Assembly (NCBI GenBank): GCA_029974275.1
Contig: JARKSN010000341.1
Coordinates: 1-23,254 of the forward strand
From: Candidatus Hydrogenedentota bacterium
GTDB lineage: Bacteria > Hydrogenedentota > Hydrogenedentia > Hydrogenedentales > SLHB01
Reading direction: 5' to 3'
Length of the DNA stretch: 23,254 nucleotides
Part shown: positions 1-8,188 of the stretch, in pieces
Position numbering within the stretch: position 1 is the first letter of the stretch
Layout of the letters: each line of letters starts with the position of its first letter
Notes under the pieces: model-generated
Seen by the model: only the letters and a program-made list of their open reading frames with translations
The model's database searches: none
Told to the model about the DNA's origin: nothing
Made by a program: the position numbers and the translations under genes

Positions 1-1
1 G

Positions 2-1444
2 GCCGAGTGCATGAAAGCCGCCGGGAAAATGAAGGAGGCCTCGCAGATCACCGCGCGGTTTTACGAAACGTCGGGACAGTGGCGCGAGGCGGCGTTTGCG
101 TATACGCAGGCGGGGGATTATCTGCATGCGGCGGATTGCTATGCGCGGGCGGCGGATCCGGTGCGCGCCGCTGAGTGTTATGAAAAGGCGAACGCGTTTT
201 ACCGCGCGGGCCTTGCCTATGCGCATGCGGCGCGATTTGCCGAGGCCATCCGGACGTTGCAGAAGGTGTCGGAGAGGGACCCCGATTTCGACGCGTCGCG
301 CCCGTTGTTGGGCCGGTGTTTCTATGAGTTGCATGATTTTGCCCATTGCGCCGCGGCGCTCGAAAACCATCTGATGGGCAAGAAAGTCGATACGGCCAAC
401 AAGGAGCAGTTTTACATGCTCGGCATGGCCTATGAACAATTGGGCAAGCTCGGCGAGTCGCGCGACATTCTGTACAAGATACGCACCGTCGATGTGGGAT
501 TCCGCGACGTGGCCGATCGCATTTCCAACATTTCGTCGCGGATTTCGATGCAGGCCTCCGGTTCCATTCCTGCCGCCCCGATGGAGCTTGCCGCCGGCCG
601 CGCGCATGCCCCCGGCGACGACGCCACCAAGGTGATGGAAACCGTCGAGTCGTCGTTGGGCGGTCGCTATCGGCTCGAGCGCGAACTTGGGCGCGGCGGC
701 ATGGGGGTCGTGTTTCTCGCGCATGACACGCAGCTTGACCGGCCCGTCGCGTTGAAATTTCTGGGTTCGCTCATTGACAATGCGCCGGAATTCCGCGAAC
801 GCTTTATCCGCGAGGCCCGCACCGCCGCCCGCATCACGCATCCCAACATCATCGGCATCTACGACATCAGCGCGAGCGTCGGCAAATCGTATATCGCGAT
901 GGAGTACGTGGAGGGGCCGAGTCTGTACAAATATTGCCAGGCCAAGGGAAAACTCTCGCCGCGCGAAACCATCAGCGTCGTCAGTCAATCCTGTCTCGCG
1001 CTGTCGGCGCTGCACGAGGCCGGCATCGTGCATCGCGACATCAAGCCCGACAACATCCTTGTCGCCAAGGGGGGTCTTGTCAAACTCACCGATTTTGGTC
1101 TTGCCAAGGCCGAGGATTCGCGCTTGACCCGCACCGGCATGCTCATGGGCACGCCGAGTTACATGTCTCCCGAGCAGGTGCTCGGAAAGGAAGCCGATCC
1201 TCGCAGCGATGTTTATTCGCTGGGGCTTGTGATGTACGAGTGTTTGACGGGGCAAACCGTGTTCCGGGGGGACAATGTTCTCGAACGTCAGCTGCAGGAA
1301 ATGCCGCCGCCGCCGAGCCAGGTGAGCCAAGATGTCCCCGCCGTTCTCGATGGGATCGTCATGCGCTGCATCGCCAAAAAACCGGATGAGCGGTACGCGG
1401 CCATGCGGGAGTTGTATGACGCTCTGAAGGCGGTGGCGCTTTGA
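2..1444 (+). CDS. TPR-repeat Hanks-type Ser/Thr protein kinase (5'-truncated by window edge)
   Basis: The frame is open from base 2 (GCC GAG TGC ATG). N-terminal helical repeats (AADCYARA, AAECYEKA, FYMLGMAYEQLGKL) precede a complete kinase domain: GRGGMG, VALK, HRDIKPDN, DFG, GTPSYMSPE, SDVYSLG. No TM segment in the visible part. Confidence 0.93.
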   Translation, partial: AECMKAAGKMKEASQITARFYETSGQWREAAFAYTQAGDYLHAADCYARAADPVRAAECYEKANAFYRAGLAYAHAARFAEAIRTLQKVSERDPDFDASRPLLGRCFYELHDFAHCAAALENHLMGKKVDTANKEQFYMLGMAYEQLGKLGESRDILYKIRTVDVGFRDVADRISNISSRISMQASGSIPAAPMELAAGRAHAPGDDATKVMETVESSLGGRYRLERELGRGGMGVVFLAHDTQLDRPVALKFLGSLIDNAPEFRERFIREARTAARITHPNIIGIYDISASVGKSYIAMEYVEGPSLYKYCQAKGKLSPRETISVVSQSCLALSALHEAGIVHRDIKPDNILVAKGGLVKLTDFGLAKAEDSRLTRTGMLMGTPSYMSPEQVLGKEADPRSDVYSLGLVMYECLTGQTVFRGDNVLERQLQEMPPPPSQVSQDVPAVLDGIVMRCIAKKPDERYAAMRELYDALKAVAL

Positions 1445-1517
1445 GGCAACCGCTCTCATCGCAGGGGGGGTGCGGCGCCGTTGTTTGCGGCGTGCGTCGT
1501 GGGAGGAAAGGAAAGCC

Positions 1518-2144
1518 ATGAAGCGTCGTCTGCGTCTGCAAGCAATGGTTGTTGGAGGCGCGGCGTTCTTGATCGCCGCGGTTGTCGCCTGGGACAACGT
1601 CGAAGCCGGGGATGCGGCGCGCCGCGCGGCGGAGTGGCGGCCTGCGCCTTTGAACGCGTTTGGGCACGTGGCCGTTGCGTTTCTGCTTGCCGGCGGCGAG
1701 CATCGTTTGCCCGACGATGTCCCTATCGGCGTCGTGTCCGACAAGGAACTCGTTGAGCGGGCAAAGTCCAGTCCCGGCTTCTCGGGCGAAGGGTACGCGA
1801 CGTTGTATGCCGATCCGCTGCCGCGATACGTCATGCTTGTCGTGTGGCGCCTGTGGTCATCGGAATGGGGCAAAGGCTTCTACCTGTTCGACTTGGAAAG
1901 GAAGGTCTATCTCGGCACAAAGGACTACCGCGTATTTGCAGAAGCCATCCAGCGCATTCCCGATGGCGAGGGTCTGGCACAAGTGGATACATGCACCCGA
2001 TCGGCGTTCAGCGGCCATCCTTACACGGCTCTCCGTCTTCATTTTCTCCTCAAGCGCAAACACGTGTTGACATCCGACTACAGCCATCCCGCCGTCGTTT
2101 GTGATTGCGGGGCTGGCGGAATCCGCTGGCTGGATACGTGGTGA
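1518..2144 (+). CDS. Hypothetical exported/membrane-anchored protein (208 aa)
   Basis: ATG 1518 follows GGAGGAAAGGAAAG. Basic N-terminus plus a hydrophobic stretch (MKRRLRLQAMVVGGAAFLIAAVVA..VEA). No recognised family. Confidence 0.65.
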   Translation: MKRRLRLQAMVVGGAAFLIAAVVAWDNVEAGDAARRAAEWRPAPLNAFGHVAVAFLLAGGEHRLPDDVPIGVVSDKELVERAKSSPGFSGEGYATLYADPLPRYVMLVVWRLWSSEWGKGFYLFDLERKVYLGTKDYRVFAEAIQRIPDGEGLAQVDTCTRSAFSGHPYTALRLHFLLKRKHVLTSDYSHPAVVCDCGAGGIRWLDTW

Positions 2145-2401
2145 GAAGCGTGGCCATCCCGATGGCCCTGGGCGGGAACATGGCCCCAGCGGCTTGGCGG
2201 CGCCTTCGATCGGGACGCGTTTGAGCCGGACGAGGCGATCCGGAAGCTTGTCCGCGGCGGCAGACGGCGTGCGTCTTGAACATCCGGCGAATTTTCCGGC
2301 GATTGGCTCTCTTGTCGGCCCTGCATCGCTTTTTCGGCAGTCTTCGGAAACGGTTTTCCTGCCTCATGGCGCTCGATAGGATCGCTACGAAATTTTTTCT
2401 C

Positions 2402-2431
2402 TTGCCATATATATGGGTGTCATGATATTAT
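2402..2431 (+). promoter_or_regulatory. Putative sigma70 promoter of the radical SAM operon
   Basis: TTGCCA (2402-2407), 18-nt spacer, TATTAT (2426-2431) with extended -10 TG at 2423-2424, inside an AT-rich patch 122 nt upstream of ATG 2554. Confidence 0.55.
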
Positions 2432-2433
2432 CT

Positions 2434-2490
2434 CCACGATATATTGTGTTTTTCGGGCGGCGTTGTGGCCTGGATTTCTATATCTTGTGT
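2434..2490. promoter_or_regulatory. Tandem NrdR-box-like operators
   Basis: CCACGATATATTGTGT (2434-2449, 14/16 to acaCwAtATaTwGtgt) and TTTCTATATCTTGTGT (2475-2490, 12/16). Their starts are 41 bp apart, and the first covers the predicted transcription start. Confidence 0.6.
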
Positions 2491-2553
2491 CGTCGAGATG
2501 TCGGCAAATGCCGGCATGGCGTGCGGTTGGATGTCATACAGTGAGGATCGCTC

Positions 2554-4251
2554 ATGAAAACGTGCAGCGTCTTGGTGCGTTTCCCAGGCAACCCTTTTTC
2601 TTTCAATGCTTTGCTGCCGGATATCCATGCGGCGAGCGCGGCGGGCGCGCTTTTGGAAGAGGGGCATGACACGCAGGTTTGGGATTTGGGGACGCTGGAC
2701 ACGATGGAGCGGCTTTTTCCGGCGCGTTACCGTGGCGTTTTGGAGCGGATCGCCGATCCGATGATGGAGGGGGGGATGCCGTCGGCGGGGGCGGTGCTGC
2801 AGACGGTGGTGCAGCGCGGTTCGTTGGACCGGGCGTTTGCTTCGCGTTGCGAGAAACTTTGTGCAGAGCTTGCCGAGACCTTGGCGGGGCAGCGGGGCCT
2901 GCATTTTGTGGGGTTTTCGTTGACGGCGGCGGAAGATGCGGCGGTTGCCGTTCGGGTGGCGCGGCGTTTGCGGGAGGAAAGGCCCGAGGCGCTTCTCGTG
3001 GTTTTTGGTCCGTACGCGGAGGCTTTTGCGGCGGCGGAAGATGTGGAGAGTCGCGGGGCGTTTGACTGTTATGTCGTCGCGGATCCGGAATTCGTGTTGC
3101 CGCGGTGGGCGGGGGTGTTGGGCAATCGCGTTGCGTGGGCTTCGGTCGCGAACTTGGCGTATGCGGTGGGCGCGCGGTTGCATTGGACGGCGAAGCGGCG
3201 CGCGGTTGAGTCGGAGGATCCGCCGTTGCCGGCCTATCATTGCGAGGCGTATCCGGCGTTGGCGGGGATGCACAAGATCAAGCTTTTTACGCTGGCGGAC
3301 AGTCAGGGATGCGCGTGCCGGTGCCATGCGTGCGCGTTGCCCGACAGCGAATTGGGTTTTCGGCGGACGTCTCCTGATCGGGTTCGAGAGGCGATGGTGG
3401 AGGCGGGCCTTGAGCACGGCGCCCGGGCGTTTCACGTGGCGGGGCCAGGGACGACGGGGGCGCATGCGCGGGCCGTCGCCATCGCGATTTCGGGGGGTGG
3501 GCTGGATGTCGCATACAGCCGTTCGCTGTCGATTGGCTTGACGGATCCGTCGGTGTTTCCGCTTTTGGAGGGGTCCGGTTGCCGGGCGGTATGGTTCCGG
3601 GTGGATACCGGCAGTCAGATGCTGCTGGAGAACCATTACGGGCGGGGGATCGAGGTTTCGCATGTGGAGCGGGTGTTGCGGGCCGCGAAAGGCGCTGGAT
3701 TGTTCACGGGGGCTCGGTTCACGTATCCCTGTCCGGGCGATGATCGGCACACGGAGGCCGAGACGATCCGGTTGGTGGAGCGCACGCGGCTGGATGCGGT
3801 CCATGTGGCGTTGCCGGAGGTTGTGTATCGTTCGACGTGGCATCGGCATCCGGAACTGTTTGGTTTTGGCAGGGAGGCGTCTTTGGGGGATGGGCGAGCG
3901 ATTGCCGGGCGGTTGCGTTTTCCGATGCCGAAATATTTGGAGCCGTTGCCGTATGCGGTGGGGCGTTTGGGCAAGGGGCAGGTGTTGGCGGGCAACGAGG
4001 CGCTTTCGTTGGAATTGGCGCGGCGCGATGTGACGACGTGTTTTCCGGAGGCGTTTTTTTTGGTGGCGCGGCTTGGTCAGCAGGCCGGCAAGGAACGGGC
4101 GCTTGCCTTGCGGGCGCAGCATCATTTCATGACCGGGGCGGTGTCGTCGATCGCGGCGTTGGCGTCTCGATTCAACCAGGCGGCTTGCGTTCCCGCCTAT
4201 GCGAACGCATTGCGTCGCACGGTGCGGTTGCGTCTGGCCGCTGGAGATTAG
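2554..4251 (+). CDS. Cobalamin-binding-domain radical SAM protein (divergent)
   Basis: CxxxCxxC in SQGCACRCHAC (nt 3310-3333). B12-binding-like N-terminal motifs (ALLEEGHDTQVWD, FVGFSL, VVFGPYA, FDCYVVADPE). RVDTGSQ sits at the usual GxESGS position. RBS GAGGA. Confidence 0.82.
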   Translation: MKTCSVLVRFPGNPFSFNALLPDIHAASAAGALLEEGHDTQVWDLGTLDTMERLFPARYRGVLERIADPMMEGGMPSAGAVLQTVVQRGSLDRAFASRCEKLCAELAETLAGQRGLHFVGFSLTAAEDAAVAVRVARRLREERPEALLVVFGPYAEAFAAAEDVESRGAFDCYVVADPEFVLPRWAGVLGNRVAWASVANLAYAVGARLHWTAKRRAVESEDPPLPAYHCEAYPALAGMHKIKLFTLADSQGCACRCHACALPDSELGFRRTSPDRVREAMVEAGLEHGARAFHVAGPGTTGAHARAVAIAISGGGLDVAYSRSLSIGLTDPSVFPLLEGSGCRAVWFRVDTGSQMLLENHYGRGIEVSHVERVLRAAKGAGLFTGARFTYPCPGDDRHTEAETIRLVERTRLDAVHVALPEVVYRSTWHRHPELFGFGREASLGDGRAIAGRLRFPMPKYLEPLPYAVGRLGKGQVLAGNEALSLELARRDVTTCFPEAFFLVARLGQQAGKERALALRAQHHFMTGAVSSIAALASRFNQAACVPAYANALRRTVRLRLAAGD

Positions 4252-4255
4252 CGGC

Positions 4256-5500
4256 ATGTCTTTCCCCGCGGTTGTGGTCACCGGCATGGGCGTGCTGGCC
4301 AGCAATGGTTTGGGCCGGGACGCGTTTTGGAAGGCCTTGGCGGAGGGGCATTCGGGGATTGGCCCGGTGACCCGTTTTGACACGTCGATGTTTCCCTGTC
4401 AGATCGGCGGCGAATTGAAGGATTTCCGGCCCGAGGATTTCATGTCCAAAAGCCAGGTGAAGCATTGGCACCGGCACGTGCATCAGGCCGTGGCGTCCGC
4501 CCGTTTGGCGGTGGAGGACTCGGGGTTGGCCTCGGCCGGGTATGATCCGGAACGCATGTCGTGCGCGGTGGGCACGAGCGTTGGGAATCCGAACGAGGCC
4601 TACCAATGGGGGCTCGACACGTTCGAGGCGCATGGTTACCGCAAACTTCCCAAGATGGGTTCTTCGGCGTTTTCAAGTCATTCGGCGACGGTTCATGTAA
4701 GCATTGATTTTGGGTTGCGCGGGCCGGCGATCACCATTGCCAGCGGCTGCGCCACGGGGATCGATGTGCTGGGATGGGGACTGGCGCAGATACGATCCGG
4801 TCGCGTGGACGCGGCGGTTGTCGGCGCGACGGAGTCCCCGTTGTTTCCGATGTCTTTCGCGACGGCCAGCGCGTTGGGGATATTGTCGAAGCGGAATGAG
4901 ACGCCGCATCAGGCCATGCGGCCTTTTGATCGCGGCAGCGACGGCATTGTGTTGAGCGAGGGGGCGGCGACTTTGGTGCTGGAGCGGGCGGATTATGCGC
5001 AGGCGCGGGGCGCGAAGATCTATGGCGAGGCGGCGGGATTTGGGGCCGCCGCGGAGGGGCTTAATCCGTTGATTCTGGACAAGGAGGGCGACGGGTTGTC
5101 GCGGGCGATTCGCGCGGCCATTGGCGATGCGGGCGCGGTTCCGGAGGACATTGATCATATTGAAAGCCACGGGGTGTCGCTCGAGATGTACGATCGGTGC
5201 GAGACCCGGGCGTATCAAAAGGTGTTTGGCCGCCGTTTGGCGCGGATGCCGTTGACGGCCATCAAGTCGATGATTGGGCAGGCGTATGCCGCGGGCGGGC
5301 TGCTGGGGGTGGCGGCGGGGTTCATGACGCTGGATACGGGGCTGATTCCGCCGATTCTCAATCTTGAGAACCCAGATCCCGAGAGCGGCATGGATTTTGT
5401 GGCTCCACGGCCTCGGTTGGGCGATGTGCAGACGGTGTTGACCACGGCCATGAGTTTTGGGGGCACGCACAGCGCGGTGGTGACGCGTCGGTTCCATTGA
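4256..5500 (+). CDS. Beta-ketoacyl synthase (KAS II/FabF-like) with atypical Cys-His-Gln triad
   Basis: VVVTGMG, ASGCATG (Cys165), MRPFDRGSDGIVLSEGA, SHGVS (His305), IKSMIGQA (Gln342 where FabF has His), SFGGTH. ATG lies 4 nt after the radical SAM stop. No symbol given because it is unlikely to be housekeeping fabF. Confidence 0.92.
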   Translation: MSFPAVVVTGMGVLASNGLGRDAFWKALAEGHSGIGPVTRFDTSMFPCQIGGELKDFRPEDFMSKSQVKHWHRHVHQAVASARLAVEDSGLASAGYDPERMSCAVGTSVGNPNEAYQWGLDTFEAHGYRKLPKMGSSAFSSHSATVHVSIDFGLRGPAITIASGCATGIDVLGWGLAQIRSGRVDAAVVGATESPLFPMSFATASALGILSKRNETPHQAMRPFDRGSDGIVLSEGAATLVLERADYAQARGAKIYGEAAGFGAAAEGLNPLILDKEGDGLSRAIRAAIGDAGAVPEDIDHIESHGVSLEMYDRCETRAYQKVFGRRLARMPLTAIKSMIGQAYAAGGLLGVAAGFMTLDTGLIPPILNLENPDPESGMDFVAPRPRLGDVQTVLTTAMSFGGTHSAVVTRRFH

Positions 5501-5523
5501 CGGGGGGAGCAGGAAGAGGTTGT

Positions 5524-5688
5524 ATGGCTAGGCAAGCGCACAGCGCGGCCCTCCTTGCGCGGGAACGGCCGGTTCAGCTCTTCGCGAGGCGCGCGCGGGC
5601 CGGCGGGGCTCCTGGCGTCTGGGGGAGGGGCCGTCGGCGCGGGGGCGCGGTCTTGCGTTTTGACGCGGATGCGGGTTGGCGACCATGA
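5524..5688 (+). CDS. Possible small basic ORF (54 aa)
   Basis: AGGAAGAGGT precedes ATG 5524, and the stop overlaps the kinase start (ATGA 5685-5688). The Arg/Gly/Ala-rich product could be a GC-rich artefact. Confidence 0.35.
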   Translation: MARQAHSAALLARERPVQLFARRARAGGAPGVWGRGRRRGGAVLRFDADAGWRP

Positions 5689-8186
5689 CCGGGTTGTCCA
5701 TATTGCTGCTATTTTCGGCGGCGTCGTGTTTGGCGTTGGGCGGCTTGGTGATGTGGCGCGATCCTCGCAACGCGACCAACCGCGCCTTCGCGGTGTTGGC
5801 GGCGAACCTGATGTTGTGGTCGTTGGGCGTGTTTTTGATCATTCACGCCGTTGACGAGGCGCAGGCGCGTTTTTTCCTGCGCGCCACGTTTGTCGTGGTT
5901 TCGTTCCTGCCCGCGGGCCTCTATCTGTTTATCGCCCTATTCCCCCGGCAACGTTTTGAGGGGTCGCGCGCGCTGCTGGCGTTGCTGTACGTGTTTGGGG
6001 GGCTGTCCATAGCGGGCGCGTTCACGCCGCAGTGGTATATCCAGCGCATCACGGTTTTGGAGGATGCTCCGCCGCTGGTCGCGTATGGCCCCGTTTTTTA
6101 CATCTTTTCCCTGGGAATCGTGCTGTCGACGATCTGTTCGTTCGTCAACATGTTGCGCAAGTTGAGGACGGCGGTCGGCATCGAGCGCAGCCAGGTCCAG
6201 TACGTGATTTTGGGCACGTTCGTTTCGACGGGTCTGGCCATTTCAAGCAATGTGTTCGCGCCGATATTGGGGATCGGCTCGACGCAGCCGTTTGGCCCGG
6301 TGTTTATGGTTGTCATGGCGGCGTTTTTCGCGTATGCCATGATCCGGTACCATCTGATGTCCATTTCCGTGATTATCTCGCGCACGGGCGTGTACGCGAT
6401 CATCATGGGCTTTGTCATCGTCGTGTTTTTGGGCACGGTCGCCGTGGTGCACCTGCTGTTTAGCGGGGGGGGCTACACGGAGGATCTGCTGCCGACGGTG
6501 CTGGCGGCGCTGGTCATTGCGTTGGGGCTGCAGCCGCTCAAGGAGCGCGTGCAGCTTGTTCTCGAGCGCACGTTGCTCAAGCGGCGGTATGACATTCATC
6601 GGTTGTTGGCGCGGACGGGCCAGCACGCCAGCCAGGCCGCCAATTTCGAGGAGCGGCTCGGGACGATTTGCCTGGATATCCGCAACACCATCGGCGTCGC
6701 CTCCATTCGCGTTTTGCTTGTCGACGAGGCCAATCCCGATGTCCTCGTCGTTGAATACACGGACAATCCCGACGAACGCGGCGCGCGCGTCGAGGGGTAC
6801 GCCGAGTTTCTGGGGGTTTTGCGAGAGCGTCCGGCCCCGGTCGTCCTCGAACAATTGCAGCGCCGGGCGCCCCATCTGGACCTTGCCCGGCTCATCGAGC
6901 CGATGAAGTCTTTGGGGGCGGCGTTATGCTTGCCGCTCAAAAGCGCCCGAGACCTCGCGGGCATCATGCTTTTGGGCGAGAAGACGTCGCGCGATCCGTT
7001 TCGTTCCGATGATTTGATGGTTTTCACGGCGTTGTCGGGGCCGTTGGCCACGGCCATCGAAAATGCCCGTCTGTACCGGCAGTTGGAGGAGGCCAACCAA
7101 CACCGCGCCCGCATTCTCAGCCATATGCGGGGCGGGGTGATTGCGGTGGACCTGGATGGTCGCGTCACGACGGCCAATCACTATGCCACCGAACTACTGG
7201 GGGCGATTGCCGTGGGGACTCACGTGAGCGGATTGCCGGCCCAGGTCGGCAGCATTCTCGAGGCGACCTTGACGCGGCAAAGCGCCGTGCGCGATTTGGA
7301 GACGCTCATTCCGGGCGCTGACGGCGCCGATGTGCCCGTCATGCTTTCTTCGTCGGTGTTGACTTCCGCCGGCGGCGCGCCGGCGGGGGCGATGATCACG
7401 ATATACGACTTGACCCAGGTCAAGCGCCTCGAGCAGAACGTGCAGCGCGTGCATCGTTTGTCTTCCATTGGAACGTTGGCGGCGGGAATGGCTCACGAGA
7501 TCAAGAATCCGCTTGTTTCGATCAAGACGTTCACGCAATTGTTGTTGAACCGGTATGACGATCCGGATTTTCGGGCCACGTTCACGGACATAGTGCCGCA
7601 CGAGGTGGAGCGGATCGATTCGATTGTTTCGCGCCTGCTGGATTTTGCGCGCCCGAAGCCGATACGGTTCGCGCCGCATGACGTCAAGAAGGTCATTTCG
7701 GAGGTGTTGACGCTGGTGGAGAACCAGGCGCAGAAGGCATGCATCACGATTGAAACACGTTTTCCAGACGATCCGCTGGAGATTTACGGGGACGAGCAGC
7801 AGATACATCAGGTGTTTTTGAACCTGGTGTTGAACGCGATCGACGCCATGACGGAGGTGGAGGGGGGGCATTTGCTCGTCAGCGCCGAGTTCGGCACGAT
7901 GTTGTTGCGTCGCAGCACGTTGATGCCGACGTTGGAGGTGGATTGCATCCGTATCCGGATCGTCGATACGGGGTGCGGCATTCCGCAGGAGAGCCTTGAA
8001 CGCATTTTCACGCCTTTTTTCAGCACCAAGGAGAGCGGCACGGGGCTGGGGCTTTCCATCGTGCACGGCATAGTCACGGAACATGGCGGCGAGATTGACG
8101 TCGCCAGTTCGCGCAAAGAGGGGACGTGTTTCACGGTCACGTTGCCGCTTGCGCGGACGCTCGCTTCTCGAGGAGGAGGCCAGTGA
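5685..8186 (+). CDS. Membrane sensor histidine kinase: multi-TM (7TM-type) N-domain, GAF, PAS, HisKA, HATPase; PrsK-like architecture
   Basis: About 9 hydrophobic segments in the first ~290 aa. GAF (LCLPLK..LAGIMLLGEK..TAIENARLY), PAS (GGVIAVDLDGRVTTAN), H-box AHEIKNP (His604, nt 7494), N-box NLVLNAIDAM, DTGCG, PFFSTK, GTGLGL. Confidence 0.93.
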   Translation: MTGLSILLLFSAASCLALGGLVMWRDPRNATNRAFAVLAANLMLWSLGVFLIIHAVDEAQARFFLRATFVVVSFLPAGLYLFIALFPRQRFEGSRALLALLYVFGGLSIAGAFTPQWYIQRITVLEDAPPLVAYGPVFYIFSLGIVLSTICSFVNMLRKLRTAVGIERSQVQYVILGTFVSTGLAISSNVFAPILGIGSTQPFGPVFMVVMAAFFAYAMIRYHLMSISVIISRTGVYAIIMGFVIVVFLGTVAVVHLLFSGGGYTEDLLPTVLAALVIALGLQPLKERVQLVLERTLLKRRYDIHRLLARTGQHASQAANFEERLGTICLDIRNTIGVASIRVLLVDEANPDVLVVEYTDNPDERGARVEGYAEFLGVLRERPAPVVLEQLQRRAPHLDLARLIEPMKSLGAALCLPLKSARDLAGIMLLGEKTSRDPFRSDDLMVFTALSGPLATAIENARLYRQLEEANQHRARILSHMRGGVIAVDLDGRVTTANHYATELLGAIAVGTHVSGLPAQVGSILEATLTRQSAVRDLETLIPGADGADVPVMLSSSVLTSAGGAPAGAMITIYDLTQVKRLEQNVQRVHRLSSIGTLAAGMAHEIKNPLVSIKTFTQLLLNRYDDPDFRATFTDIVPHEVERIDSIVSRLLDFARPKPIRFAPHDVKKVISEVLTLVENQAQKACITIETRFPDDPLEIYGDEQQIHQVFLNLVLNAIDAMTEVEGGHLLVSAEFGTMLLRRSTLMPTLEVDCIRIRIVDTGCGIPQESLERIFTPFFSTKESGTGLGLSIVHGIVTEHGGEIDVASSRKEGTCFTVTLPLARTLASRGGGQ

Positions 8187-8188
8187 TC

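Noticed and set aside
2380..2500. Replication origin (AT-rich patch next to strongly G/T-rich DNA)
   Set aside because: No DnaA boxes or dnaA/parAB context; promoter and operator sites explain it; skew was not computed.
2428..4383. 651-aa minus-strand ORF
   Set aside because: Arg/Pro-rich antisense shadow of the radical SAM gene, with no motifs; typical of GC-rich DNA.
4256..5500. Type II PKS KS/chain-length factor or housekeeping fabF
   Set aside because: The catalytic Cys is retained, and there is no partner KS, ACP or fab gene nearby.
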